DNA from: Cyanophora paradoxa CCMP329
Lineage: Eukaryota > Plantae > Glaucophyta
DNA: 64,000 nt
Direction of reading: 5' to 3'
Assembly (NCBI GenBank): GCA_004431415.1
Contig: QPMI01000071.1
Coordinates: 186,001-250,000, forward strand
A program made the translations under genes and the position numbers. Shown one piece after another: positions 32,301 to 45,131 of this stretch; the first letter of the stretch is position 1, and every line of letters begins with the position of its first letter. The notes under the pieces are model-generated. The model was given only the letters and a program-made list of their open reading frames with translations, made no database searches and was not told where the DNA came from.

Positions 32301-35300
32301 ATCTTGATTCTCATAGCGCCTTAGCTGATTTTAATCTTGGGCTTGATTCTGGGCTGGCCGCGGCGGGCCGCCGGCTCCGCCGCATCGGGGGCAAGGTCCT
32401 CAGCTGATTTCAATCTTGATTTTGGATTTTAATCTTGATTCTCATAGCGCCTTAGCTGATTTTAATCCTGATTCTCATAGCGCCTTGGCTGGTCCTAACT
32501 AACATTCTTGCAATTTCGTCGGGGGGCAGGTCCTCGGGCGGCGCGTCGTGAGGCAGACTTCCGCCCGCTTCCTCCAGTCCCAGGCGCGAACTTAGTTCTT
32601 CAAAGTACTAAGACGAACGCGCGAACTAGCTCTTCGAAGTACTAAAGACATGAGATTCTTCAGCTCTTTTAGCTTCTCTAGACTTGATCGGTCCCAGCTT
32701 CCTCGAGCTCCGCCCGCTTCCTCCAGGCGCGCGAAGTGAAGCTTAAAGCGTTTTAAAGCTCAGTAAAGATTCTTCAGTGTTACGGCAGGGGTGATTCCTA
32801 GCCAAATCCGGCGCCGAGCTAGTCTGATAAGTTCCGGCTACGTAGCCTATTGGATAGGACGCTCGCCTTTCGTGACATGGGGGTTGCGAACGGACCATGG
32901 TTCGACTCCCGGCAGAGCCCGGGTAGTGCGAACGGACATGGCTTCGAACCCGCGTGGTAGAATTCCGGACTTAGTCCGAAGCACGATTCGGCGAGGACGC
33001 CTCATATGTGCTGGCCCGGATGTTACGGCAGGGGTGATTCCTAGCCAAATCCGGCGCCGAGCTAGTCTGAGAAGTTCCGGCTACGTAGCCTATTGGATAG
33101 GACGCTCGCCTTTCGTGACATCAGCTCTTCTAGCTTCTCTAGATTCGAAGTGAAGCTTAAAGCGTGCTTAAAGCGTGATTTTAAGCGTTCTGTAAGTGAG
33201 ATTCTTCAGCTCTTGTAGCTTCTCTAGACTTGATCACGACTCCTCCTAGCTTCCTCCAGTCCCAGGCACGCGCTCCCGCGACTGATCACTAGACTATTCT
33301 GGGCTTGAATATTCTGGCTTACGCTCTTAATTATTCTTTAGCTAGACTCTAGCCTATTCTGGGCTTGATTATTCTTTTTAGCTTACGCTCCTTTGCAGGC
33401 CCGCCTCCGCGGCATCATCGCGAACGGCCTCAAGGGCGGCGCCCGCTTCCGCGGCGACAAGCGCACCTGGATCCTGGTGAGTATCGAACCTCTCAACCAA
33501 CCTCGCCCCGCCGCGCTTCGACTCGAGCTTCTTCAGTTTCGCGGCTGATTGCTTGTGCACGCGTAGATTATCCTCGTTCACATTCAGGCGGCCGGCATCT
33601 TCTACACCATTGTGCGTCGTTTTCCACGGCCGGCGCTTGAGCCCGTTTAATTTCTCGGTTGTGACGCGTTTGTTTCCAGGCCTTCCGCCACATCGTTCAG
33701 ATGACGATCGCACCCTTCGCCTGCTCGACGTGCGTTCGTTCGATCCCGAAACGTTTCTTCGATCCCGACACGTCCGTTCGATCCCGAGCGCAGGAACGTC
33801 GACGGCCAGCGGTTCCTCATCGAGGAGCCATCCATCCTCTGCCGGTAATCGAAGCTAACAAATCAATATCTAGATCTAGAAGTTAGCAGAAACGCATTTA
33901 CAGACATCAGCTGAAAACCGAATCCAGATCAATACCAGCAAACGCTTAGCTTACGGGTCGTGCCACAGGGACGGGGAGGAGCCATGGAGCACGATGCGGA
34001 CCTTCGGCATCCTGGCCGTCATCGTGTACCTGGGGGTCGTCCCCGCCCTCTTCGCCGTGGCTGTCTGGTGCGCCCCCCCCGGCCCGGCCTCTAGAGAAAG
34101 ATAGAATGAGATAGAAATTAAAAGATAGATAGGTAGGTGGATAGAATGATAGCTTTCGTCAGAAGTACGCCTCGTCCTTTGCACTAAAGGACCGACCTTG
34201 TCAACCGCTTCATCCCCCTGCTTCTCATTTTCCGCTTCTCAGGTTCTTCCACTCCCAAGTGGACACGTGGGCCGGGGAGGCGAACCACGAAGAGCAGAGC
34301 GCGCAGCACATGACGAGGCTCGGTGCGCGGCACACTCGCCGTCCACACCGCCCGTCCATCCGAGATTTGCGGCGCAGGGATCCCGCGCATGCTCTTCTGC
34401 AAGGCCCTCTTTGGGTTCCTGGTCCTCCCGTACAGGCGCGAGCCGCCTTGCCACTCTGCTTTAAATTTAAAGGGCCCCCGCCCTGCCACGACTGCGCTCC
34501 GTTTCTGAAGAAGAGCCTGGGCCCCTGAACTCTCCCCATTGCATTCCCCGTGCAGGCACGAGCTGTGCTACTGGGAGCTGACGGCCCTCGCGCGGGCCTT
34601 CCTCATCTGCCTCAACCAGATCTTCACCCTATCCAGGTCCGCCATGTACCCATCTGTCATCTGTTTATCGATTTCTCTATCGAACTATGAAGATGTATCT
34701 AACCTCCGATTCCAGGGTCCTTCTGCAAGCCGTCCTCAACTTCCTCATCATGTTCATCGCGCTGCTCCTGCAAGCGTGGCGCAAGCCCTACGGCGAACAG
34801 GTCCGCTCTGAGCTAGAGGCTGCTGGAGGCTAGCGTGGCTAGCGCCGTCCGCTGCGTGGCTAGCGCTGTCCGCTGCCTGAATCTCACGCGAAACCCCCTA
34901 CGGCGAGCAGCGCGGGAACCGCCTCGAGCTGGCGGCGCTGATGTCCAACATGTGCGCTCGTACTGCATAAGACAGTTTCTCTTTCCTACTTCATTCTTCT
35001 CACGCATTTCGCCAGGTTCCTGCTGTTCGGGGGCCTCATCTTCCTGTACCCGGGGCTCGACTCCACCACGAGCCTTGTCACGGTGGTCCTTATCCTCGGC
35101 AGCTTCCTCGTCTGCCTGGGTACGCTTTTTACAAGCTTAAAATATGCACACTTGCTCAGCAGCTCCGCAGTGATGATGCTCCGAGTCGTCATCCTGAATC
35201 AGAAGTGCGCTCCGTCGCCTGCGCTAGTACCGATCGGAGCGCCTGGGAAATCGGGAGCCTCGCCTGACCTTCGGATCTCGCTTCGATTCGCAGGTACGAG

Positions 35301-38300
35301 TGGAAGCACCGCGCCCTCTTCGCCCTCACGGAGGCTGTGCGTTCTTTTCCAGAGCTGCGGCTTAATCAGAGCTGCGGCTTTATCAGAGCTTTTAGAGTCT
35401 GACGCCTTCCCCCCCGCAGGTGCGGGGCGAGCTGCGGCTCAACTCGGCGATGCTGGTCGCCATCGACCCGTGGTGGCAGAGGCTCAAGCCCGAGCAGAAG
35501 CACCTCATGCAGTCCTACGTCCAGAACGTCGCCGAGGTGGGTCCTTGCATGAGAGCTTCTTCTCTAGCTCTAAAGACCTTTTAAAGAATGAAATGAAAGA
35601 GGGCTCGCTAAGATCCGCCCTTTGTGCATGACGTATACATCCGCCTGACCCCACCTCCTCCCCCGCTCAGATCGTGCGGACGGACGTGTGCGGGAAGCAC
35701 CAGCAGTTCAAGGGGCGCGCCCTCCGCGAGGCGAACGCCCTCGCCCTCCGCCGCCGCAGGAGCAGCGCCATCGAGTTCAATGTGCGCGACTCTAAAGATA
35801 GATCCTTAGGTCTCATTATAATTGGGTCTCTATAATTAGGTTTTAGGTATCTTAAGTCTCTAAAGATAGATCCTTAGGTCTCATTATAATTGGGTCTCTA
35901 TAATTAGGTTTTAGGTATCTTAAGTCTCTAGAGAGGCGAAGGCCCCCGCCCTCCGCCGCCGCAGGAGCAGCGCCCTCGAGCTCAACGTGCGCTCGAGGAC
36001 TGGTTTCTTACTTACTTGCTTACGACGTGGCGTCGCGTTGGGTCTCTAGAAATTAGATCATTACAATCCGCAATCGCAAATACCAAGAGGCGCTTTTCTC
36101 GTGTGTTCGGAGGCGCCTCATTAGATCGTCTGAAGCTTAAACGTATATTGAAGCTTAAACGTATATATCAGACATCTCCTCCCTTCAGGCCCCGTGGCTC
36201 ACGCGCGTCCGTCTTTCGGCAGGAGGAGGAACTGCTGAAGGGACGGGCCCTGGAGGGGAACTCGAAGCTGGACGCGTCCATCGAGGCGCGGGGCGCGGAG
36301 GGAACGATCGTCCCGGCCGGACACCACCACCATCGCGAGGTGCGCACTTAGGCGAAAGCGAGAGAAGGGGGGGCGCCGCCGGGCCGCCTCTCAAGCTTCT
36401 AGAAGGGGAGCTCGCCTAGCTGGCTAGCTAGCTAGCGCCTCAGGTGCGGTTAGACGCAATCGAGGACGCGGCCGCTTCTAGAACGGGAGCTCGCCTAGCT
36501 GGCTAGCTAGCGCCCCCGCCCTCGCCTCCATTCTTCCGATCGTCCCGGCCGGACATCACCACCATCAGCAGGGGGCGTCGACGGCGCCCGATCTCGAGTC
36601 CGAGGAGCAGACGAGCGGGCGGCAGGCGTCGGCGTACCTCTTCCGAGACAAGGTGCGCGCAAATATCAGCATCAGGTCTACAAATTTTGCGAGGGACATA
36701 TATAGACAGGAGCGAGCGCCATTGAGCGCAAGCAAGCAAGCGAGACAATTCGGCCCGCGGCCGGGGGCGCCGCTAGGCCCTTGATGGGGGCGTCCGGCCG
36801 CGTGTCCTTTAATTTAATACTATATAGAACGAAAGAAAGCTTTGTTGAGGGAGCTGATGGCACTCCGCGCAGGCGATGTGGGCTGCGCACCTCGTCAAGG
36901 GGAGGCACAAGAACGCGCAGGCGAGCGACGCCAGTCCCGAACGCCCTTCGCTCTAATATCTAATATCTAATATCTCCCCCTTCTTTTTCTCTCCGTTCTG
37001 AGGCGGCGCTCCTCCTCCGCGGCGCAGGACGAGGAAGGGGAGCGGCAGGTGGAGGACGAGAGGACCACCGCCGAGCTGCTGCGCCGCCTCCGCGAGGTGC
37101 GCGACCGGGCGGGCGGGGGGGCGGGACAAGCGAGCGGGGCAAGCGTGCGGGGTGGGCGGGCGGGGAATTCTCTGCGAGGGGGCGGGCGGGGAGGCGGGCG
37201 GGGCAAGCGGGCGGGGTGGGCGGGCGGGGATTTCTCTGCGAGGGGGCTCTGCGACCAGTCCTCGAGCGGAGCTCGGGGGGCGGGCGGGGTGGGCGCGCTC
37301 TGGCTCAACCAGAGAGGATTCTCCATACCCCCACCCCCCCACCCCCCACCCCCCCCCCCCCCCCCCCCGCCCCGCTGTTCCACTGCGCCACTGGCCATGG
37401 ATTGATTGAGCGGTCCCTGCAGCTGCGGGAGGGGGCCGACGAGCGCAAGGAGGCGAAGAAGTCGCTCAGGCAGAAGCTCCTCGAGCGCGCCGCGGCGCGC
37501 CGCCGCAGGGCCGAGGTCAGATGATAGCCGACCGACCGACCAAGCCCAACTCCGCGCGCGCTGCTGATGCTCACGCGCCACTTCTCCTCTCCGCCTTCGA
37601 ATCGCAGCGGGAGCGGCAGCTGCGGGAGTCGCGGGCGGCGCGGCACTCGCAGGAGCTGGTCTTCCCCGAGGACGACGCCCTCGTCCACGCCGGTGCGCCC
37701 TCTTAACGTCTTCTTCGCGCTCTAGATCTAGATCTTCTTCTAGCGTTCTAGATCTAGATCTTCCATCGACGCTCTCCGCACAGTCTGGAATAACGTTTTC
37801 CACGCGTGCAGAGGCCCCCAAGGTGGACGTGGTGCCCGTGGTGGCGGGCGGCGCGGGCGACCCTGATCATATGCATGAGCCGGCGGTTGCGATGGGCGGC
37901 GGCTTCCTGGGGCAGTTCGACGCCGACCCGCGCGAGGTGACCGTCGAGTGGCCCGACGACGGCGACCGCCACGAGAGTGCGCCTTTGGTCACTTGCGAAT
38001 CTAGCAAAGCGATCTTCTAATAACATATAATAGCCTTCGGTTAGCATTGGGTACCGGTGGGCTTTACCTAGCGTTCGAGCCTTGGATATATGCTGCCGCC
38101 GCGCGCGTATGCTGGGATCGATCTCTTCAGCGCAACTGAAGTCTCTCGCTTCGTGACAGAGCCCGTCGGCCTGGAGCTGGAGCTCGAGGATGGGGACGAA
38201 GCCCCGAGGGACCCGCGCGCTTTGGATTCCGCGCAGTTCGACGACGACCCCTACCCGCACGTGCGCCCCCCTCCCTCCCGCCCCGCCCCGTCCACTCGCG

Positions 38301-41300
38301 CCGGCCGAGCCGATCCAACCCAACCTGCGTGTCTAGGGGTCGCCCCGGCGCCCGCCGGAGACCCGAGCGATGGACCACGATGACTCGGACCAGGAGAGGG
38401 CGGCACCGTACGCCTCGGCCTCGGCCCCGGCCTCGGCCTTGGCGGCAGCCTCCGTCGGCGGCGGCGGCGGCGGCGGCGATGCCGGCGGCTCCGGGCGGGC
38501 CGCGGCGGCAGCCGCCTCGGTCTCGCGCAGCGACTCGCTCGCGGCGTCCCAGTCGCAGGTGCCTGCCGCTAATTATAACCGCTCAACCCTTTCCTTTTCT
38601 CCTAGGCCCTCCTAGTTCTCCTGCATAGTTGTTTGCTCCTAGTTCTATCCTACTCGTATCCTAGCTCTAGTTCTTCATCCCGTCATCGTATTCTCAGCCG
38701 CGCTTGCTTCGCTTCGCAGTCGCTCTCGGCGTCCGAGGACGAGGACGACGAGGAGTACGACAGCGAGGGCGAGCCGGAGCCGGAGCTGCTGCCCGTGCGC
38801 GATATGATCCGATCCGATCTGATCCGATCTGATTCGAATCGCATTTTGTTGCGCAGGAGGAGCCGAGGGGTGACCCGCGGCTGCGGGAGTGCGCGCGGGC
38901 GCTGCAGGCCGCCGCCGCCGGGCTCGCGTCGAACCCCGACAAGGCGGGCGCCGCCATCCACGTGAGCCGATCGCGAGCCATCGCGCAAACTAAGCAGCCC
39001 CGAACGACCGAACGACCAACTAAGACGCAGCGACAAGCTAATAGAAAAATATATAACCAACGACAGACAAAGAAAGCAAACTCTCACGCACGATCTGACG
39101 TCCTTCCGTCCGCTTGTGCACAGGCGATCGAGGAGAGCGTGGGGACGCTGGCGGAGCTGCCGCGCTCCGTCCTCACCAACGACGCTGAGGCGCGCCCCTT
39201 TCGCACATTTTGCGTTGTTGTCGCTGAAAAGACATATGAACCACGTCTTGCCATCTTAACCATCTTAAAAGTCAAACCATCTCAACCCTCGGCGTCCCTG
39301 ACGTTCTTCCGCCCGCGCAGGGCCACGCGTCGGCGGTGCGGGCGCTGCGCTCGGTGCGGAACGACGCGGCGGGGTGCCTCCCCGCCGCCCTCGAGCGCGA
39401 GGTCGTCGCCCTCCTCGGAGTCCTCGCCTCCATCCCGCCCCGCGCCGAGGTGAGCTCAGCTCAGCTCGAAGTTCGAGCGCTGCCTCGAACTCGAGGTTGG
39501 AGCGGGGGGCGCGCCGGTTACATAGTTAGGGCGCGGTCGCTCGCCCGGCGCCCCCCCCCAACCCCCCCCCCCCCCCCCCCCCCCTCTCCTTTCCTTCGAA
39601 CTTAAAAAGCAGAGCGACGCCCAATTCAAACCAACTCTCCCCCGCTCGCTCGCTCGCAGACGAAGCGGGACCGGCGGGTGGTGCGCGCTTTGGACGGCCT
39701 CCGCGCCGCCGCCGCCGCGCCGCGCCTGGAGCCGGGGCAGCTCGACCGCGCCGTGCACCGCGTCGCCGACCTCCCCTCCTCCTTCTTCAAGGTGCAACCC
39801 CTTGAGATTAAGGTTCTTCATCAAAGATATATACTACAAGATTCTCTTAAGACTTCCTTTCTCCGCTTCCTTTCTCCTCTTAAGACTCTTGAGCCGCGCC
39901 GTCCACCGCGTCGCCGACCTCCCCTCCTCCTTCTTCAAGGTGGATCTTCTATATTTCTTCTTCCTCTTTATTTGCTCCTCCTGCTATCGCTTTCTTTATC
40001 CTCTGTAAGGGCGCTGACACTCTTTCTTTCTGTGTTTCCTGCAGGACGCGGCGTTCGCGAAGCGGGTCCTGCCGCCGCTGCGGACGCTCAAGAAGCGGCT
40101 GCGGGCGGAGGCTGCGGGCGGCGCCGGGCTGGACGCCGAGGCCCGCGCGGGGTACGAGACCGCGATCTCCAGGCTCATCACAGTCGCGAAGGTGCTTCTA
40201 TTTATAGCTCTGCGGTGCTTTGACTTGCGTCGTCCAAGTGCTGGAGCTCTTAAGCATAGATTCTAACAGAAGCCGCTTCGCACGAGCCGCTTGCTTCGAT
40301 TCCCGCCTAGTTACACGATTCCCGTTGGATCCGGAGCTATGAAGCTTCTTCTTCTACATTAGAGCTCTTAAGCATAGATTATAGCAGAACGCTCTAACTT
40401 CCGTTGCGCGAATGCTGGAGCTCTTAAGCATAGACTCTAACAGAAAGACGTTGTAGCTCACATTCGCCTTGTGTCTGCAGGGCGCGACGGGGGCGGACGC
40501 CCCAAAGTCGGGGGAGGGCGCCCGCGCTGCGCGGCTCGCGAAGGTCCGCGCTCGAATCCGCCCCGGCCCCCTTTCTCCCTCGTTTGATCTAATCTTATCT
40601 CTCTTATCTTTCCAAGGAGCTGGACGGGGCGTGCGCGGGGGAGGGGCCCGTGGACGCGGGGCGGGTCATCGGCATCGTCGCTAAGCTTTCCGAGGTCTTC
40701 CCCAGCTCACTTTCCTTCCCTTCCAAGTTAGAACTCGGAATATTTAATGCTTCGCGCTTTAAGGATTCAATGTTTACTTGCAGAGGAAAATAAAGCGCTC
40801 TGAAACAGCCTTTAATTATAAGACTTGACGTCCCCTCAGAGCGCGTTTTTCTGCGCGCACCCTCGATTTACGCTCCCTGCAGATGCCGCCGGAGACGTTC
40901 TCGTCGCTGGGGCGGGCCCGCGAGCGCGTCCTCTCCTCGCTGGAGCGCGCATGGCACCGCGCCGGCTCGAGCGGGGACGCCGCGACCGCCATCCGCGAGA
41001 TGGTGCGCGAGCTCGTCGACGTTCAAAAAATGTTTAGCTTTGAATTCGCTCTGTCGGCTTCCGAAGTTCTACGCGAAGCTGATCTAAAGCCATGAAAAAG
41101 CCATAAACAAATCCTAAAGAATGCTTAAACAAGCGAACCTAAAGATTCCTCGATCTCGCCTCCTGACTGGGCTCGACTCCGTCCGTCGCCTTTCAAGAGA
41201 CGTTGAGCTTTGCTTTCGATCTTTCGGCATCTGACCGATCGGATCAGGTGGAGCCGATGATCATCGCGCTGCGCCGCACGCGCCCCGCGCAGCAGCACGG

Positions 41301-43413
41301 CCACCACGCGCGGCGGCCCGAGCCCGCCGGCGGCGAGGGCGCGGCGCCGGGCGGGGCCGCCGCCGCCGCCGCCGACGCCGAGCGGCGGCTCCCCCTCTAC
41401 GTTGCACGCATCGAGGTGAGAGCCCGCCCTTCCCACCAACAAGCCGAAGCCAGAGCCTATAGTCAATGATAAATAATGATAACAAGCGACTGTCATAATG
41501 ATAACAAGCGACTGACCGGACGCCGCCCAAGGATTAGGATAATAGAAATTGCAAGCAAGCTCGAACGCAAGCGAGCGTCTCCTCATTCGCTCCTCTTCCG
41601 CAGGCGGCGGCCGCCGAGGCGAGCTTCGACGTGGGGAGGGCGGACGTCGCCGTCCGCGCGCTCCTCGAGATCCCCCTCGACGCCTACAAGGTCCGACCGC
41701 GGCCGCGTCTACCAGCTTAAAAAGAACGTTTATAAGGGGGAGGAGGGCTGGCAGTAAGACCGCGACGCCCTCCATGGGGCTGGCAGTCTGCTAGAAGCGG
41801 CAGCTGCAGGAGTTCGTTCGAGACGCTTAAGCTTTCAGTTATCGCGTCTACTAGCTTAAAAAGAACGTTCGGGCTGTTGTTGCTTTTTGTAAGGGGGAGG
41901 AGGAGAGGTCCGATCGCGCCCCTGCATGGGGCTGGCAATCTAACGCTTAAGCTTTCATTAAATTAGAGCTCGGAGCCCGCCATCTTAAAGCGCCTACAGA
42001 AGGAGAAGAGTTCTGACTCGGGCCGTGTGCGCGCGCGCAGGGCCGGCGGGTGACGGCGTCGCGGGCCGTGCGCGCCCTCTCGGGCGTCGCGGCGCGGGCG
42101 GAGGAGGCCTGCGCCGCCGGCGTCGGCGGCGACCTCGGAGGCGCGTAAGATATATAATAGATATATATATAAAGGGGCCGAACTAGTCTAGGTGGCGAAT
42201 AGATATATTTACGTAAAGCTCCTTCCTATAATCCTAAAACGCGAATTTATATACAAATTTTTGAGCTACATTTGAGCTAACTTCGAAGGCAACGCAGGCG
42301 CGGCCGCGGGGCTCCTGGTCTCCGTCCGGGCGCACATCGCCGCCCTGAACGGGCTCCCGCCCCAAGGCCAAGGCCAAGGCCAAGGACAAAGACAAGGGCA
42401 CGGGCCGCTCCAGCACAGCGCGAGCCTGCCGGCCCGCAGCGGGCATGCAGCCGCCCCGCCGGGCGCGCCGCCGCCGCACCACCTCCCCCGCGCGGCGACG
42501 ACCATCGGAGGCGGCGGAGGCGGCGGCGCCGCTGCGCGGCGGCCATCGGCGATGGCGCCCATCCGCCTCGTCGTCTCCGCGGAGCCGGACGTCGACTCAG
42601 CCTCCGCGTCGCCCTCGCCCCGCCTCTCGCCCGTGCCCCGGCCCTCCACCGCATCCTCCTCCTCCGACGTGGAGCGGGCACCTGTCTCCTCCTCCCCGCG
42701 CCCCCGTGTCTCCTTCGCGTCGATCCCGCGCACCCTCTCGGCCCAGGACGCGTCGGGCGGCTCGCCCCGCGGCCCCGGCTCCGGCTCTGCCATCCCGCGC
42801 GCCCACTCCCTCTCAGCAGCGGCGGCTCATGGCCAGCACTCTTCGGACGAGGGCGGCAGCACCCACGGCCGCCTCGTCCGCTCCTCGTCGACCCCCATGG
42901 GCCTCGCCGCGCCCCGCCCGGCCCTCAGGCGGACGCCCTCGCCCCAAATGATCTCCCCGAGGCAAGCGATCAACTTACAATTACGCACTTCTTATAATAA
43001 GCTTGAGTCCTTCTTTCTAACTGCAAGGCTTAAGCTTAACGCCCGCTATCTTTGAATCGCTATCTTTAAGCTGACTCCTTTCTATCTTTATCTCTGAAGG
43101 CACGTGACGTTCCTGGACGAGGGGGCCGCCGCCTCCGGACCCCGCGACCGCGCCCCATCCCCGTCCCCCGCGCTCAGGTGACCCCACCCGCCGCCCCCCC
43201 CCCCCCCCCCTCCCCCTCGTCTCGTCCGGGTCCAACCACAATTTCAGGCCCGACGAGCCCGCCGGTACCCCCCGCGACCGCACCCAGTCTCCGTCGCCCG
43301 CATTGAGGTACCCCCCCTCCGCTTTCGTCGCTTTTGTTAAGCTAGCTCACTTTGGTCGCAGCCGCGCCTCTTCCGCCTCTAAACTCTCCCCGCGGCCAAG
43401 CGTGACTATGTAG
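23311..43413 (+). CDS. Giant multi-exon receptor-like protein A: signal peptide, Ig-like repeats, PKD, IPT/TIG, Cys-rich (GCC2/ephrin-receptor-like) repeats, multi-pass (~7TM) region, long cytoplasmic tail
   Basis: Spliced signal QALVLLKLAFVCAVQSTWLLPVAAQ, repeated PDxTS..C units, PKD VYRWDFGDG...YSANGTYVVALTVENSVS, Cys-rich GTYQPSPGQSDCLSCPAN and ACPGGIQQCEDGY, TM segment GFLVLPYRHELCYWEL, and a final exon ...KLSPRPSVTM* with TAG at 43411-43413. The start could be any ATG between 23311 and 23431. Confidence 0.75.
28747..28895. repeat. Intronic minisatellite, 43 bp x ~3.4
   Basis: CTAGAACCTAGAAAGCTATAATAAATAAAGTCTCCCCTAGAAT at 28747, 28790 and 28833, partial at 28876. Confidence 0.95.
32258..32490. 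repeat. Intronic ~33-bp degenerate tandem repeat
   Basis: GCTGATTTTAATCTTGATTCTCATAGCGCCTTA-like units, interrupted by a copy of the upstream exon end. Confidence 0.85.
32778..33120 (+). mobile_element. TRIM (miniature non-autonomous LTR retrotransposon), 343 bp, intronic
   Basis: 100-bp LTRs at 32778-32877 and 33021-33120 (TGTTACG...CGTGACA, one mismatch between copies), a 4-bp TSD TCAG, TGG-starting PBS-like sequence directly after the 5' LTR, and a 143-bp interior. Confidence 0.9.
35791..35930. repeat. Intronic 68-bp tandem duplication
   Basis: TCTAAAGATAGATCCTTAGG...ATCTTAAGTC at 35791 and 35859. Confidence 0.9.
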
Positions 43414-44018
43414 TTCGAGCCCCGGGCCCAGTTCGAGTTCGAGCGTGACTATGTAGTTTCATCGGTCGAGCCCCGGGCCCAGTCGTACTTCGTATGTAGT
43501 TTGCCTATGAATTTTAAGCATGGCTATGCAGAGTTTGCCAATTGCAAGTTGTAGTTGTAGTGTGCGTACAATCAATGTGTACGTACAATCAATGTAGACG
43601 GGCCAATGAATTCACGTTAGTTCATTAGTTCTACGTGCTTTGGTCTGACTTCGAATTAGGCGTGAAAATGCAGGGAAAGTTAGCCTTCTGTACATGTGCG
43701 GATCAATCGAACATATAGGGCCTAGGCCTAGCCCGAGGACACTGAAAAAGGCGAGCTTCAGGGTCAGCGCATGCGCATGCATTCTTTAATGAGTAATCAT
43801 GATCATGATCATGATCAGGGGGCCTCCAGCTGGCCTCGCGTTCAGTGAAGTCTCAGACGGCTCCGAGGATCAAGAACAGCGGCGTGGCTTAAAAGACGGC
43901 TTGGTCGCTTAAGAATTCCTCATCTGCTGGCTAGATTCGCCCGGCAAATTAAAGTTCATCATGATGATCACGGCATGATTTAGAGGATTCGAATTCATGA
44001 GCATGATCAGCTCTCATA

Positions 44019-44078
44019 TTTCAGCTTGGCAAGTTTCAGCTTGGCAAGTTTCAGCTTGGCAAGTTTCAGCTTGGCAAG
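44019..44078. repeat. 15-bp x 4 perfect tandem repeat, intergenic
   Basis: TTTCAGCTTGGCAAG repeated four times. Confidence 0.95.
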
Positions 44079-45131
44079 ACATATCATGATCATTCAATTC
44101 ATGATCAGTCAATTCAGTGACTGATTCAGTGACCACGTGACCCCCTGTCTTTTGCACACTCGAGCTCCCTTGAGGGTTTCATGTTTCGGAGGGCCGCCAG
44201 GCTTCAAGTTTTTTAGAGTCTGAGTCTATGGCCCGGTGGCCTGTTCTAACCAGAAAAATCGTCACGTGCACGCGGGCATTTGTTTATAAGGACAGCCCCG
44301 GCTCTGGTGTACACGTGATTTCCATTAGTGTGCATCCTAGCTTCTCTTGGATTGAAGTTTTGACTTTGTCATAATGACATTCTTTGCAAAGATTAAGACG
44401 ACTGGGGCTCTCGGAGCTGACCGGCTGTAAAGCTGAAAAGGCCTCGAGCTCGTATGCGCCAGCCGCCGGGCCGCCGGGCCGCCGGGGACGGTTCGAGTTG
44501 ATAAAGGACACCAGTACCCATTGCAAGCACGTCTTGCCCGAATCTACCTAACTCTGCCGTCGCACCTATCTCGCCTCATGATCATGATCCCTAATTATAA
44601 GCCGCCTTTCTCTAGATCTCCGTGCATGCCCGGCTGGCTGCGCGTCGCTCCCAGCTGCAGGCCTTGTCGCTAGTTACCTGCTGTGGCGTCTCGGCACTTG
44701 CAGACTCATGTGTTGTATTAGTATCTACGGGGGGTTGACCCCACTGCATACGTAGATTCTCAAACACAAAAACCACTTAGCTAATTAAACTATTTATAGT
44801 TTCTGTTTCGTATATATTTCTGATGAGTGAAACTCGCAAATTCAAAGGAAACTCGATCGAAACAACTATTATTACATGCATGTTTTTATCCTAATCATCG
44901 GATTCTATAGCTAGCGTCCGTAGGAACGAAGGGAAACCAATGGATGCAGGAACGCAAAAGGCGTAAATACATATCCAATGGGCCGAGCCAAAAGGCGGAA
45001 GTACATATAATGGTCCGTCGGTGGCTTTTCCAAACCAGACAGTCACGACTATAGCAAGCGTCTCGTATTACGTATGTACGTATAGAAAAAGGGCGGATAT
45101 CGACCATTGGTTGCACTTTTAAACTTTATAT

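Noticed and set aside
32878-33020. tRNA gene
   Set aside because: Only T-arm-like motifs are present; I could not build a full cloverleaf, and the sequence lies between LTRs.
44284-44526. 80-aa minus-strand ORF between the convergent genes
   Set aside because: Non-ATG start, no recognisable motif and no supporting exon structure.
44722-44757. Hairpin ATCTACGGGGGGTTGACCCC...CGTAGAT as a Helitron end or terminator
   Set aside because: No CTRR terminus or matching 5' end, and inverted repeats are common background in this window.
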